The notes under the pieces: generated by a model | Database searches by the model: none | The model's input: the letters and a program-made list of their open reading frames with translations, nothing else | What the model was told of the DNA's origin: nothing | Shown here: piece after piece, positions 9,401 through 21,622 of the stretch | Layout of the letters: the number at the start of each line of letters is the position of its first letter | Numbering within the stretch: the stretch's first letter is position 1 | Translations under genes and position numbers: made by a program | Source: Eledone cirrhosa | Lineage: Eukaryota | DNA: 64,000 nucleotides | Direction: 5' to 3' | NCBI GenBank assembly: GCA_964016885.1 | Contig: OZ024743.1 | Span: 282,844,001 to 282,908,000 of the forward strand

Positions 9401-12400
9401 CTTGGCATGTATGTGTGCCTGGTGGAGTGGAAGATGATAGTGTTGGAGGAGGTTCATCTAATGTATGTAGAGTTAGAGTTGAATGCAAAGCATGCATGAA
9501 TATGAAGGCTTCTCTTCAGAGGTTCTACTCCCAGAAACATCATAGTTGAGAAGCTGAGGAATGGAGGATTTCACTAAACTGGTAGAGATCCTTTTGGCAA
9601 TGGACCAAAAGGCTTCGTTGGATAGCTTGAAAGCTGTATGTTGCAGGGAGACATATTTTGTGGTTCAAATGACAGTCTTCCATGATGTAGTGAAGGGGAT
9701 AGTCTTGGAAGTACTTTTGAACATGTAAGTGTGCCTGGTGGAGTGGAAGGAGATACAATTGGATGAGGTTTATCTAGTGTGTATAGCATGGAGTTCAATG
9801 CAAACATGCAATGAATGTGGAAGCTTTCTCTTCAGAAGTAAACCTTGTCTACATCAGTTTACTTGGCTGCCAGACAGGCCCACCACTACTTCACAATTGA
9901 CTGAAAACAGCAATTTCAACAATATGCACATGTCCAACTTTATGAAAACCATTTCACCAATGTTTGTATAACAAATGGGTGTTGAAATAATTTTAGATAC
10001 TTAAATTAGTGAATTAAAACTGTTAAATTTATTTGTAAATTGAACTGATCATATTTACAGTATACTGAGATAGACTTTTGTTATATTTTGAATCTAGCTA
10101 GAATTTTCTAAAATTTTGACTAAGTTACTGAACATATGACATTATGATATATATTAATCATATGGATATAATAAAATATATCCAATATGACCATCAAAGT
10201 CCACTGGTATAGTTAATGACATCACCATCTCCAAAGTACTGCCTGGGGCGAACTTTCTCCTTTGGAGGAACTCCACTTCGGTTGCTTGTATTTGCTATTG
10301 TTTCTTATTGTCATTACCCACAATTCATGACTAAGGTAAGGGTTGGTGCAAATACAAAATTGAAGATAGAGAGTTGAGCTTTTACACCTACCTCCCCCCT
10401 GAAGCTGGCACATTACTGTATCAGTTCCTGCAATTCTTGTACTTAATTCAGCCTCTTGCCTCCCATCACTTGTGAACATGACCCTGAGATACTTGAACTT
10501 TTCCACCTGCTTCATTGAAACTCCACTCACATAGAGTGTGCTGTGCACAGGCTTCTTTGAGAGGATGAGTGTCTGTCTTCACAGCACTGCTTTTCATTTT
10601 CTGTAGAGCTGTTTTGCTAGAGAACGGATTGTAGGCTGTGGTAAAGATAGAAACACTAATTATGATGGTTAGGTGCAATTAAAACGGGCTATTGCCGAAC
10701 AAATAAGCAACCCTACACCATCTGCGGTAAACTACTAGGGGAGATGGAGTGACATGTGAAAACCTAGTCTTTGTGGGCCAGAGAAAAGTACCAGCTTGGG
10801 ACTATCATAAATAAGACCACAAAAACCCTGCAATATGGCCAGAAACAATAAAGGGAGTCATTACATCATTCTTCATCCAGGATAACAAGGGACGCATTCA
10901 CATCTTAGGTAGAGGTGCCTGTTTGAAAAATATATTGCAGATTCCACCCAACACTGCAAGAACTGGTGATGTGTCTGTGGCTTATCCTGGGAAGCGTGGG
11001 ATAGACGCACAAAGGTTACATATCCCGAGACTCCAAAGAGGGTCCAGAAGGGAACAAACCTGTATTTTTAACATTTAGAAAAGTTTTGTGTGCTGGTATT
11101 GTGGTTAATTTTCCAAAATTTAAGCACTTCTGTGGGTGTGATAGTTATTTTTGTTAGCTTGACAATTTGAAGCAAGTGAAATAATGTACCTAGCATAGAG
11201 TAGGACATGTTTTAACTTCTCTTACTGAAATACTTTAATATAATTTAACATTCTAGAGTTTTTGAAAGATTATATTTATTTAATAATTTTCCAGTGGTAT
11301 AAATTGAATATGGACCAAATTCCTGAACACATGCACAGTAAATTTTATTCTTTGCATCAAGATGAGGAAACCAAAGAATTTCTAGAAGGATGCTATGAGA
11401 AGGCTGATTGGGTTTTCACTCAAATTTTTTATTCTATATTTCGATCAATCTTAAGTTGGTTTATGACTAATACTTCAATTAACGCGTAAGTAAAAGTTTT
11501 GAATTTATTTGAAAGTATTTTCCTTTAAAAAAATCTGTCATATTTTCTCTCTTAAAGAAAGACTTATTTTAATTATGATTTTATTGCATTCAAACAATCT
11601 AATTTTGTATTATTTGTATCTAAGATCCTTGCGTTATTGTGTGCCATAGTCTTTGGGATATTTTTTGTTATATGTTACTTAGAGCGTGTCTATCTCCTCT
11701 ATCAATTGACTAGACTGAGACAGGCCTGACGGAATTTAATCACAACCATTTTCATACCAACTCACCTGAGCTCTGCTTCTATTATACAGAGCCACTCATG
11801 TTAAATTGCTCATATCTAAATTAATATTTCCCATCAGAATTCTATATAAGAATCTTTCATTGAGTTATATTCCAAACATCAGCTAAATAATGAAAGTAAT
11901 ATTGTATATACTTTTTTCACAAAAATATGACAGGAAAAACCGGTATGTGATTTATCTATAATACTTTTCCATGTGGTATGAGCGGGATTAATCTTTTGAA
12001 GCAATATTTTATGGCTAGATGCCCTTCCTGATGTCAATCCTTACACCCTCATTGAATGGTTTTGACCTAGTACCATTTATCCAAATACAAATACTAGGGC
12101 AATCATATAGAGGCTTCAAGGCAACAAGAAGCTGTTTATTGATCCCTTATTCTTGCAGAACCTTCTGCAATAGGTCCTATGGAATGCAGTTATATGCCTT
12201 TTCGAGGCCTAAGAAATAAACATCAACTCTTGGCAACACTCCCATGATTTCTTGAAGATCTGCTGCAGTGTGAATGCTTGGTCGGCTGTGCTGCATCTGG
12301 GGCGAAAACCACACTGTCCATTAGCTAGCATGGACTTGACAATATCCTTATATCTCTTTGCCAGACACTTAGACTTTACTGGGGAGGCTTGATAAGGAAA

Positions 12401-15400
12401 TTCTTGTATAATTAAAGCAATCTCTCATCACCCCTTTTAAAAACTGGGATTATCATTCCTGATTGTCATTACTTAGGTGCCTTTCCAGAGATTCAGGCCA
12501 CCCAGTACACATGAGTTAGCCAGAGAATACCTTTTCTATTTAAGGCTTTTAACATCTTGGGCCGAATTTCATCTTCGCCAGAGACCTTGTCACATTTGAG
12601 CTCTTTAATTGCTCTGATGACTTCAGCTTCTGAGAGGTTAATCATCACTCCCAGATGCACTTCATGTACATCAGATGTTGCGACCAGGTTTAGGAGATAA
12701 GCAAAGTATTTTCTCCACCTTGCGAGGATGCACCTCTCTGAAGTGCAAAGAACTCCAGATGTGTTCCTGATAGCAAGTGTGGAGAGGATCTTCTTACCTT
12801 TGGACGCCTTTACTGTCTGTATGGCAACTGTTGTGCCTGCTTGTATCGCAAGTGCAAGAAGAAAGACTTATTTCCAAGCCAAGCTTTGTAAGCCTCCTTC
12901 TTTGCTCAAATGGCATCATTGACCTGGTTGAACCAAGGGGTCCTCCTGTCACCCAGTGCCACACCAAATGGCTTTCGCCTTGTCACCCAGTGCCACACCA
13001 AATGGCTTTCGCCTGCAGCATTTAACAGCTGACACAGAAACTGTCGCTGTACATATGTGCAAGAAAAATTGTCAAAACATTGATACTTCTTCATATATCA
13101 ACTTGGTTATTGCTGATTTTTTATTTTCTTATAACAGGAAGAGAATCCAACTGTAGAAACCATGCCACAATTGAATGTGTTAAGTGAGACACTCAAGGTG
13201 GACAGTAGTTCCATTTAAGTACTGACTTGGTCTGTAATGACTTGTCGAACTCATGCCAGCATAGAAAAATGGATGTAAAATGGTCTGGTGAGGAGGGTAA
13301 GTGGAAACCCAGTAGCACAAAAAACAAGTATTGTTAAAATGGCAGATGAATTCCACAAAGACAATGGCCATCCACCCCAACTATGGGTTAAATAGCCTCA
13401 CCAACCTTCAATTGGCCAAATGTGGTGAGTATGGCTACACCCCTGACATAACTAAAACCAAACAGAAAGTGGTGAAAGTCAACCAGGGTTCCTCCAACAA
13501 GTGTGAGAAGGCCCTGGATTGAATTGGATTTTAGAATTAGTTAGAGCTGCTTTCAAAACAGGCAGGTTACTATGATAGATGCCTTTCTTGTATATGGAAG
13601 CAGTAGAAATTGTTATTAAATTAATAATGAGACTATATCGTAAATCAAACTTATATTCTCATGTTTTATTTTCAGGTATTTAAATCGAGGTTCTATGTTC
13701 GTTTATTCTCAAGCACATTTTAGGAAATTGTTAGGGTTAAATGAATCAACAGTCTTTGAAAATCTAATTGATTTAGGTAAGCTAATTACTATTAAAAAAA
13801 AAACAAACAAAACTTAAATGTTTAATATTCCTAAAATGTTTTTCTCAAATGTATTTATTAACTCTTTGAGTGCCCCAAATGCACTAGTATATGCTTTACC
13901 TCCCACACTCTGTGGGCCAAAGACCTACTGGTAAGTTTTAGTTTATTTTATGAAGCACAGGTCTAGACAAAGCAAAGAGAGCAAATTTGATCAAAATATC
14001 TTATTTTATTCTTAACAATTTTTTTTAAGAATGCAAAAATTTACATGTAATCCAAACCTGGGACAATAAAATATCCCAAACAATACTGATACTCAAAGAG
14101 TTAAATTATTACCAATACATGTTAATATACCTCTCTCCCTCCCCTTTCTATCACTAAGAGAACATGGGGGTTTCTTTGTTTTACAGGAGCTGGTGACGGA
14201 ATGGTTACAAAAAAAATGGCTAGCTACTTCAAAAATGTTTATGTAACTGAAGTATCAAACCAGATGAAAATACGGTTAAAAGAAAAAGGTTTCAAGTATG
14301 TATTTGTCTTTATATTTATATTGTATGCAAATATTGTTATCTGTGTTGAATCATTCTCTCACAATTGCTTCATAAAACAAGTTGAATGACTACATTCAAC
14401 TAGTCTTCCAGTATATCTTGTTTACACCTGATACATGAAGCTTTTATGTCAGTGATTCTGAATGTGAGGTGCATGCCCCACAGGTGTTGGAGGGAGTAAT
14501 TTGAAACTTTTGTAAGCTAATTTTTCTCAAATTTTATATTTTATCTTTCAACACCAAACATATTTATATTGAAGGTGGATGGGTAGGGTCAATCAAATTT
14601 TTGTGTGGTGTCATTGTGGGACAAATCCCCAAATAGTTAACTATTGATCTATACTGATCTATACAAGTAACAGCTAAATCATCCTACAATTTAAACTGGC
14701 TGTATCTGGCCAGAATTCTCTCACCTTTTTCTGCTCAAACTGGCCATAACTGGCTACTCATGCTGATGTTAAGGTATTGTTCTCAAAATAAATATCAAAA
14801 TCTCATAGATTCTATATTATGTGAGATAAACTTTTACCATGAAAATACAATAGTAAATATAGTTTTATTGACCCTAGGGGTCACTACAGAGTAATGTAAA
14901 TGCTAAAGGGTTAAAACAAAGCATCTGGTGAGCACTTAGGAAGCTAGGTGTAGACAAATGGCTTGTGAGGGCTGTGCAGGCCATGTATAGAGGAGCAACC
15001 AGCAGATTGAGAGTTGACAATAAGTACAGTGATGAATTTGAAGTGCCGGTGGGAGTCCACCAGGGATCAGTCCTCAGTTCCCTTCTATTTATCATTGTAC
15101 TTCAGGCCATTACCGAGGAGTTTAAGACTGGTGCTCCATGGGAGCTCTTTTATGCTGACAACCTAGTCTACATAGCTGAGTTCATAGGAGAGATAGAAGT
15201 AAAATTTCAAGCATAGTAGAAACCTCTAGAACTGAAAGGTCTAAAAGTAAATTTAGCAAAGACGAAAGTCTTAATAAGTAGGAAAGAAAACAGGAAAGTG
15301 GCTGTGTTCGATGTGTCAGAAAGGGTTGGGCAGAAATTCCATAGGGTACACACAATGTAAATTACAGACACACAGATGTAGTGGGATTGCAGGTAGGCTC

Positions 15401-18400
15401 ATGAAAAAGATAGACTTTATATGTGGCAGATGCACAGGAGAAGTGAGCACAAAGAGCACATGTGAAATAGATTCCCTGAGTTTCCAGGGGAGCTCTGTAG
15501 TTGTCAACAGATTTTGCTACTTAGGCGATCAAATTAGTAGTGGGGGAAGGATGCGCTGAAAGTGATATCTAGGATAAGAACAGGCTGGAAGAAGTTCAGA
15601 GATCTATACCGATGCTAACAACAAAATACTTTTCTCTCGGAGTGAAGGGTAGACTGAATGATGCCTGTGTGTGAATTGCAATGTTACAAGGCAATGAAAC
15701 ATGGGCCTTGACTGCAGAAGCTAGAAAGAAATGAGTTGAGTATGCTCTGATGGATGTGCAATGTTAGTCTGCATGAGCGACATAGCATAAGCAAACTGAG
15801 GAAAAAACTTGGCGTGAGAGGAATTGGATGTAGTGTGTAACAGAGAAGACTGCGTTGGTATGGACATGTGATACACATAGAAGATAGCAGCTGTATAAAG
15901 AAATATAGAGAAACCCCAGTAGCTGGGACCCATGGAAGAGGCAGACCCAGGAAGACATGGGATGAAGTTGTAAAGACTGACTTTAGAAAGCTAAACCTCA
16001 CCACAAAGATGACTAAAGACTGTGAGGGCTGGTGTATGCAGTGCTGAAAGTTGGCAGGACCCTTCAGTCATGTCAGAGACATGACAGCCTCCCTAGTGTT
16101 GATGATTTACATGATAAACCCACTCAGTACATGCATCCAGATGTGGCTCTGCTTCAGTGCTGACTTGGTCTGTATGGACCTGTCCAATCCTTGCTAGCAG
16201 GGAAAGTGGACAGTAAAAAACGATAATGATTCATCCTTTTATTCTTTTCTTGTTCAGTTCTTACTAGCTGGGAAAGTGGATGTTAAATGATGATGATGTT
16301 TCAATTATTAGACTGGATATACTGGGGCACAACCTTAAAAGGATTTAACTTATTATAGTGACCCCAACACTTATTGTTTTCAAGTCTGTAACTTATTTTG
16401 TGAATGTCTTTTTGTCGAGCTGCTAAGTTATGAGGCAAATAGTTATGGACACACATACATATGTATGTATATATATATGATGGACTTCCTAACAGTTTCC
16501 ATCTACCAAATTTCACTCGCATGGTATTGGTCAACAATGCAGTGGGATTGAATCCATGGTTATTACCTCTCTCAGCCTTTACCTTTCTCCAAACATTAAT
16601 AAGCAACAATTAAAATGAAATATAGAACCAATGTCACCGAGAGCTTTATAATGATGAAGAAATCGGTGATGTAACCAAAATAAAATATTTCAAACAATAC
16701 TATTTTGTCTTAGTTTCATTCTAAAACATATGCTAAATACGTCGAGTAAAATGTTATCGTTATGTCTTCTATATAAAATTGACGTTGTTAAAAAAATTCC
16801 TATTTTCGAATGTAATTGAAATAATTTTGTATTTTTTGGTCATAATTTATTTCAGTTGAGTAAACTTTTCTAACGCAACGATGGATACATTTTGAAACAA
16901 CATTTAAAGCTATTTTCTAAATACTTATTTCCAGTCCATGGAATGAAATTTGCCCCTGAAGAATAAAAATTGTTATACAGAAGCATATATGTTAACACTA
17001 TCTTATACTCGACAACAACAAAAAAATTGAATAAAATGAAAATGTGGTTAATGAGAGAAAAAAAAAAATAGAAATTTTGAATTTTCTAAGTTAATTATTA
17101 AATCCGGCCAGGCTGTTGTCAAAATTATCTCCCCTGAAGACCTGCATTTTAAACTATTTTGTGTATGTGAGAAAATATTTTTGGTGATGTATTTTATGCT
17201 AGTAAAAAGAAAAAACAATAATATTGTGTCGGCTCTTCTGTATTCCATTTGTTTCTATTAAATTAAATCATAACCAAGAAAATAGGCGATATCCAATTTT
17301 AGCTGTCTAAATGCCGCTTACTTGCTGCAGTTGCTGCTTGCTTCAATGTATGAGGCTATTCCAACAAATTTACATTCCCCCTTTTTTTAGCCGAAATATA
17401 GATTTATTTATTTTTATTTTTTTGCGATTTATTTGCCACTGGGGCATAGATTTCTTTATTTGCCCCTTTTTTGTTTGTTTTTTTTTTTGGCGATTTATTA
17501 GCCTTTTGGGGTCACACACACCCCCGTAGAAAGTGTGCGACCTTTCTGCCAGGGAGTACAGAGAGAGAGGGGGTGCTCCCTTCTCTTACCTGTACAAGCC
17601 GATATAGAGAGATGGCCCACTTACACGGGCCATTATTGCTATTTTCACCCGAAAAAGGCACTCAGTCCCAGCCAATTCCATGAAAAATGGGTAAAAGTAG
17701 CAATAATGGCCCGTGTAAGTGGGCCATCTCTCTATATCGGCTTGTACAGGTAAGAGAAGAAGGGAGCATCCCCCTCTCTCTCTGTGCTCCCTGGCAGAAA
17801 GGTCGCACACTTTCTACGGGGGCGTGTGTGACCCCAAAAGGCTAATAAATCGCAAAAAAAAACAAACAAACAAAAAAGGGGCAAATAAAGAAATCTATGC
17901 CCCAGTGGCAAATAAATCGCAAAAAAAAATCTATATTTCGGCTAAAAAAAAGGGGAATGTAAATTTGTTGGAATAGCCTCATACATTGAAGTAAGCAGCA
18001 ACTGCAGCAAGTAAGCGGCATTTAGACAGCTAAAATTGGATATCGCCAGAAAATACATTTTTTTTTCAATATTCTACTTGTTCAGCTGAAAACATGGTTG
18101 TTATTGTTTCTAAATATAAAATATTTTCTTAATTTATTTATATGTTTTAGAAACCTCGAGTTAGATAGCTGGGCAAATGGAGACATAGTTTATGATGTGA
18201 TAACATGCTTGAACTTGCTTGATCGCTGTAATGAACCACTCACTATCTTAAAGCAAATAAAGAATACATTACGGCCCGACTCCGGAAGACTGGTTGTCGC
18301 TCTTGTTTTACCGTTCAGTTCTTATGTGGAAGAAAGTAAGTTGTTCTTCTTTTCCTCTTATTAAACGCTATTATTTAAGATTTTAAGATTTTAAAATAAA

Positions 18401-19850
18401 GTAGCAGTAATGCACTAGGTAATTGCTGGCCTTGTGCCAAAAGTAGAAACAATTATTTAAGATTTTAAATAGCTCCACACTAAAGTTGTTAGATGATCAA
18501 TTGTTGCCATAAAGCTCATTAGAGCAGTAGTTTGTAGTATCTCACAAAGTCCGCGCAGTATTTCGTATATTATTATAGTTTGTGGATTGGCAGTATCCAT
18601 AGAGGGTCGGACGCCATGCTTTGCAGCCTAGTTACGATCCTTTAAGGTCTGAGTTCAAATCCCGCCGAGGTTAACTTTGCCTTTCATTCTGACGGGGTCG
18701 ATAAAATAAAGTATAATAAATGCGCTGAGATAATTACTGGCCTTGTGCCAAAAGTAGCGCGGAGGTTAACTCTTCCTTTCATCCTTACAGGATCGATAAA
18801 ATAAAGTACCAGTCACACACTGGAGTCGTTTTAATCGACCTTCCCCTCCCCCCAAAATTGCTGGCCTTGTGCTTATATAAGAAACCATTATTATAGTTTG
18901 AATTCAAATCCCGCTGAGGTCGACTTTATTTTATCAACACCTAGAAAAATGAAAAGCAAAGTACTGAGGTCTATTTAATCGATGGCCTCCTTTCCAAATA
19001 TTTGTGACTTTGTTCCTATGTTAGAAATCATAAAGCATATTCTGCTCGTCCTAGGCTACCTAGATCAGTATAGGTGCTATACTAAATTTTTTTTGTTGCA
19101 TTGTTACAAATTCAATGGTAAAAAAAATCATTTTATTCTTTTACTGGTTTGTCATTAGATTGCAACCATTCTGGGGCACCACCTGAAAGTCAATGAATCC
19201 TTGATTACTCAGGCATATGTTACGTACATACAGTATAATGATTTCTAATTTAGGTACAAAGCCAGCAATTTGTGGGGAAGGTAAAGTTGATTATATACCG
19301 GGCCTTGTACTTTACCGGAACACATCTGATTTCTTTCCAGAGAAAGAAACAGCAAATTTCATATATTTGCTGTCAGTCATCCACTGAATGATAAAATGTC
19401 ATATCATCTAAGTTTCCCTTATGAAAAAGAATGGAATAAAATGCAGTCTAGTCTTACATATGTACAGGAATTTAGCCCTTGAATGGTGTTCTGAATAACA
19501 ATCATGAGAGAACAATTGAAAAATCATTTAGGATTATTTTTTCATTTACATTTTACTTAATTTACTCATTTGTTGATATTTTGAATTTACTTTCTATTTT
19601 AGATTCTGTGGATCATACTTCAGCTGAAAAATTAAACATTAAAGGTTCTGGTTTTGAAGAACAACTTGTAAGTTTTGTAACTGATGTCTTAGAACCACTA
19701 GGCTATGAGTTGGTAACATTTACACGTGCTCCGTATATATCAGAAGGTGATATCTCAACTTCATTTTATGTCATTTATGATGCCATATTCATTTTGAAAG
19801 TTGCTAACAATAATGCTACAGAATCTTATGAGAAAGACAAATGCCCCTAA
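6373..19850 (+). CDS. METTL9: Protein-L-histidine N-pros-methyltransferase METTL9 (DREV family), 6 exons, 310 aa
   Basis: Exons 6373-6471, 11295-11485, 13676-13776, 14187-14295, 18151-18335, 19603-19850; all GT-AG, phases consistent, 933 nt. Motifs TSINAYLNRGSMFVYS, LIDLGAGDG (SAM motif I), YDVITCLNLLDRC and FTRAPYISEGD match METTL9. Confidence 0.95.
6620..6669 (+). ncRNA. Type I minimal hammerhead-ribozyme-like motif (Penelope-associated type) in METTL9 intron 1
   Basis: ACAGG-CUGAAUGA-[GUUGGGGU CCAG AACCGAAC]-GAAA-CUUAAG-UA-CCUGU: stem I, core with one extra nt, stem II with two mismatches, palindromic stem III, GUA site. Lies beside (TA)n. Confidence 0.6.
8690..9870 (-). mobile_element. 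Highly degenerate LINE (CR1/Jockey-like RT remnants)
   Basis: LSFLTGIYPDLWRHTTV...PANYYPISLTSIISKEMETVIN and KAEVRPTREYC motifs; an internal ~120-bp diverged duplication (9405-9520 vs 9720-9840). Confidence 0.6.
10220..11060 (-). mobile_element. RTE-type LINE RT C-terminal fragment joined to the same non-coding repeat that the Merlin element interrupts
   Basis: MKQVEKFKYLRVMFTSDGRQEAELSTRIA (ORF 10222-10548). 10670-11060 aligns by eye with 2770-2970 + 5808-5935. Confidence 0.7.
11295..11485 (+). CDS. METTL9: METTL9 exon 2
   Basis: ttccAG|WYKLNMDQIPEHMHSKFYSLHQDEETKEFLEGCYEKADWVFTQIFYSIFRSILSWFMTNTSIN|GTAAG. Confidence 0.95.
12220..13030 (-). mobile_element. Degenerate RTE-type LINE fragment
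   Basis: Collinear with 1160-2160; DQQCGFRPRCSTADQAF-like RT N-terminal remnants; 35-bp tandem duplication at ~12945-13012. Confidence 0.7.
13676..13776 (+). CDS. METTL9: METTL9 exon 3
   Basis: ttcAG|(A)YLNRGSMFVYSQAHFRKLLGLNESTVFENLIDL(G)|GTAAG; not in ORF track. Confidence 0.95.
13862..14100. mobile_element. piggyBac-type MITE (separate family)
   Basis: TTAA at 13858-13861 and 14101-14104; TIR CTCTTTGAGT / ACTCAAAGAG; makes up most of METTL9 intron 3. Confidence 0.7.
14187..14295 (+). CDS. METTL9: METTL9 exon 4
   Basis: tacAG|(G)AGDGMVTKKMASYFKNVYVTEVSNQMKIRLKEKGF(K)|GTATG. Confidence 0.95.
14690..14910. mobile_element. piggyBac-type MITE family A (one end truncated)
   Basis: Reverse-orientation copy ending TAAATGCTAAAGGG-TTAA. 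Confidence 0.75.
14920..16230 (+). mobile_element. Degenerate RTE LINE (RT to 3' end)
   Basis: VGVHQGSVLSSLLF, PWELFYADNL, Cys-rich insert, RLRWYGHV, GRPRKTW; many stops; same family as 43355-45470. Confidence 0.85.
17285..18047. mobile_element. Non-autonomous fold-back element with Merlin-like termini, 8-bp TSD
   Basis: Arms ~17285-17650 and ~17689-18047 are near-perfect inverted copies with a ~38-bp spacer. Ends GGCGATATCCAATTTTAGCTGTC; TSD AGAAAATA at 17277-17284 and 18048-18055. Confidence 0.88.
18151..18335 (+). CDS. METTL9: METTL9 exon 5
   Basis: tttAG|NLELDSWANGDIVYDVITCLNLLDRCNEPLTILKQIKNTLRPDSGRLVVALVLPFSSYVEE|GTAAG. Confidence 0.95.
18390..19030 (+). mobile_element. Cluster of tRNA-derived SINE copies and fragments
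   Basis: Repeated gagttcaaatcccgccgaggt-(t/c)aactttgcctttcatc...gtcgataaaataaagtac...ctggccttgtgcc modules with B-box-like GTTCAAATC; the same family recurs at ~34760, 40860, 41650, 50610, 57372 and 62830. Confidence 0.7.
19603..19850 (+). CDS. METTL9: METTL9 exon 6 (last coding)
   Basis: tttAG|SVDHTSAEKLNIKGSGFEEQLVSFVTDVLEPLGYELVTFTRAPYISEGDISTSFYVIYDAIFILKV...CP*. Confidence 0.95.
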
Positions 19851-21312
19851 ACACTGAAAAAAAAAGAAAATAAGGACCCAAAATATCGAATTTTTTAAAG
19901 AACGAAAACATTTTGAACCACATTTGGTTCATATGAAATGATGCAAAAACTCAAGAAAAAATATTAGAAGTAATTTTTTTTTCTCTCCAACGAATAACTA
20001 AATAAAACGAGATATATATTTTAATAAAAATTGGGTGATGGAAAATGTTACTGAAACAGATCTGACCACACCATATATTATGGCAGCTGTGGTGGATGAA
20101 AATGGGAGACATTCAAAGAAATGACCATTTACAGAAAAGGCTTCCAGTTAAAGTTTAAAAGATTTTGCTCTGAACTCTATTGTTGTTTCTCAATTGTATC
20201 GAAACACTGAAACTTAGTGGAATTGTACAGATTTATACTCTTAAAAAGAATGTATTAAAAATCGTATTGGCAATTATATATTAGAGAAAATAATTTTGGT
20301 TTTAAAAAATTATTTTTATCTAATAATAAAGTACTTTTTTGGATGAATTCAAATGGTAATCTGGTTATATATTTAATATTCTTTTATTTTGTTTAAAAAA
20401 AAAAAAATACTATTGGACTGCATATATGTTGGAGATTCTCTTCATGGGTTTTCACGAATCTCTAATGGATACATTTTGAGGGTAATAGGACATAACTAGA
20501 CACAGACATACTCATATTTGTGTGAGTGTGAGAGAGAGATAACCACAAGACAAGTTCCTGGCTAAGAGTAAATCATATACCAGCAATTGGTATGTTAGAA
20601 AACTAATCAATGTTACTATTTCTTTGCCCACTTATTCCTGAGATAGGATCCTCTGAGGACTCTGCCTCCATGGCTGTCAGGAGCAACTATCCCCAAGTGA
20701 GATCAAACCATCTTGCTTGTGGTCTCTTTGCATGTAAAGTCTGCCTGTCAATTATTTCCTTAGACATTCTAACCATATGTCTATAGTATTGGAGCTGTGA
20801 TTTCTCAATGTGTAGGAGCAGCTCTACATGGAATATCGAGTAGTATCACTACAGACCCTTTGGAGGAACCATGTTTTGGCCACTACTCAAGATTCATGAC
20901 CATAGGTAAGACTATATATATCAACCTCACCGTGCATGCCCCCCTCCATTCAGTGAAGTGGTTTGTGATGGGAAGGGCATTCAGCCATGAAGGGCTAAAA
21001 GGGTTGAGAGGACCCTTCAGTTGTGTCAAGGACATGGCAACTTCCCTAGTATTTGGTGACCTACATAAATACATCCAGTACACAGTGATTGGTGATAGGA
21101 AGGGCATCCAGCTGTAGAGAGCTTGCCAGACAAATGGTCAAGAGGACACTCAGATGTGTTAAAGACATCACAACCTCTCGTGTGCAGTTGGAGCATCGGC
21201 TGTACATAAAGTGAGACACAGATCCCTGGGAGATCAGTGGCTCCGCTTCAGTACTGACTTGGTCTATGTAGGTTTGTGCAACCTTTACTAGCAGGAAAGT
21301 GGATGTTAAAAC

Positions 21313-21622
21313 GATATTGTTATACTTTGGGTGGGCCAAGATGCCAATAAAAAAAAACAACAAAAAACATGCACCTGTTGGTTTCACTTCAATATATTAT
21401 TGTAATTTCCCAGTCGGTTAGTTTAATAACCAGATGGTAGTTTAGTTGCTGACCTCAGTGACTACTTTGTTTTACACCATCTTATTGTTGACAGTCAGCA
21501 ACAAAACAATTATCCAGTTATTAAACTAATTGACTAGGAAATTATAATAAATTGAAGTGAAATCCAACAAGTGGGTCTTTTTTTTATATTGGCAGTATGA
21601 CCCTCCCAAAGTATAACAATAT
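21313..21622. repeat. ~310-bp imperfect palindrome (old fold-back/MITE-like element)
   Basis: GATATTGTTATACTTTGGG...CCCAAAGTATAACAATATC with inner pairs ttcacttcaat/attgaagtgaa, agtttaataac/gttattaaact and gttgctgac/gtcagcaac. Confidence 0.75.

Noticed and set aside
16620-16980. CpG-containing segment resembling a DNA-transposon interior; similar at 21750-22080 and 58000-58335
   Set aside because: No TIR, TSD, ORF or second copy could be identified.
17311-17976. Five overlapping ORFs, two nearly identical on opposite strands
   Set aside because: By-product of the palindrome; no protein motifs.
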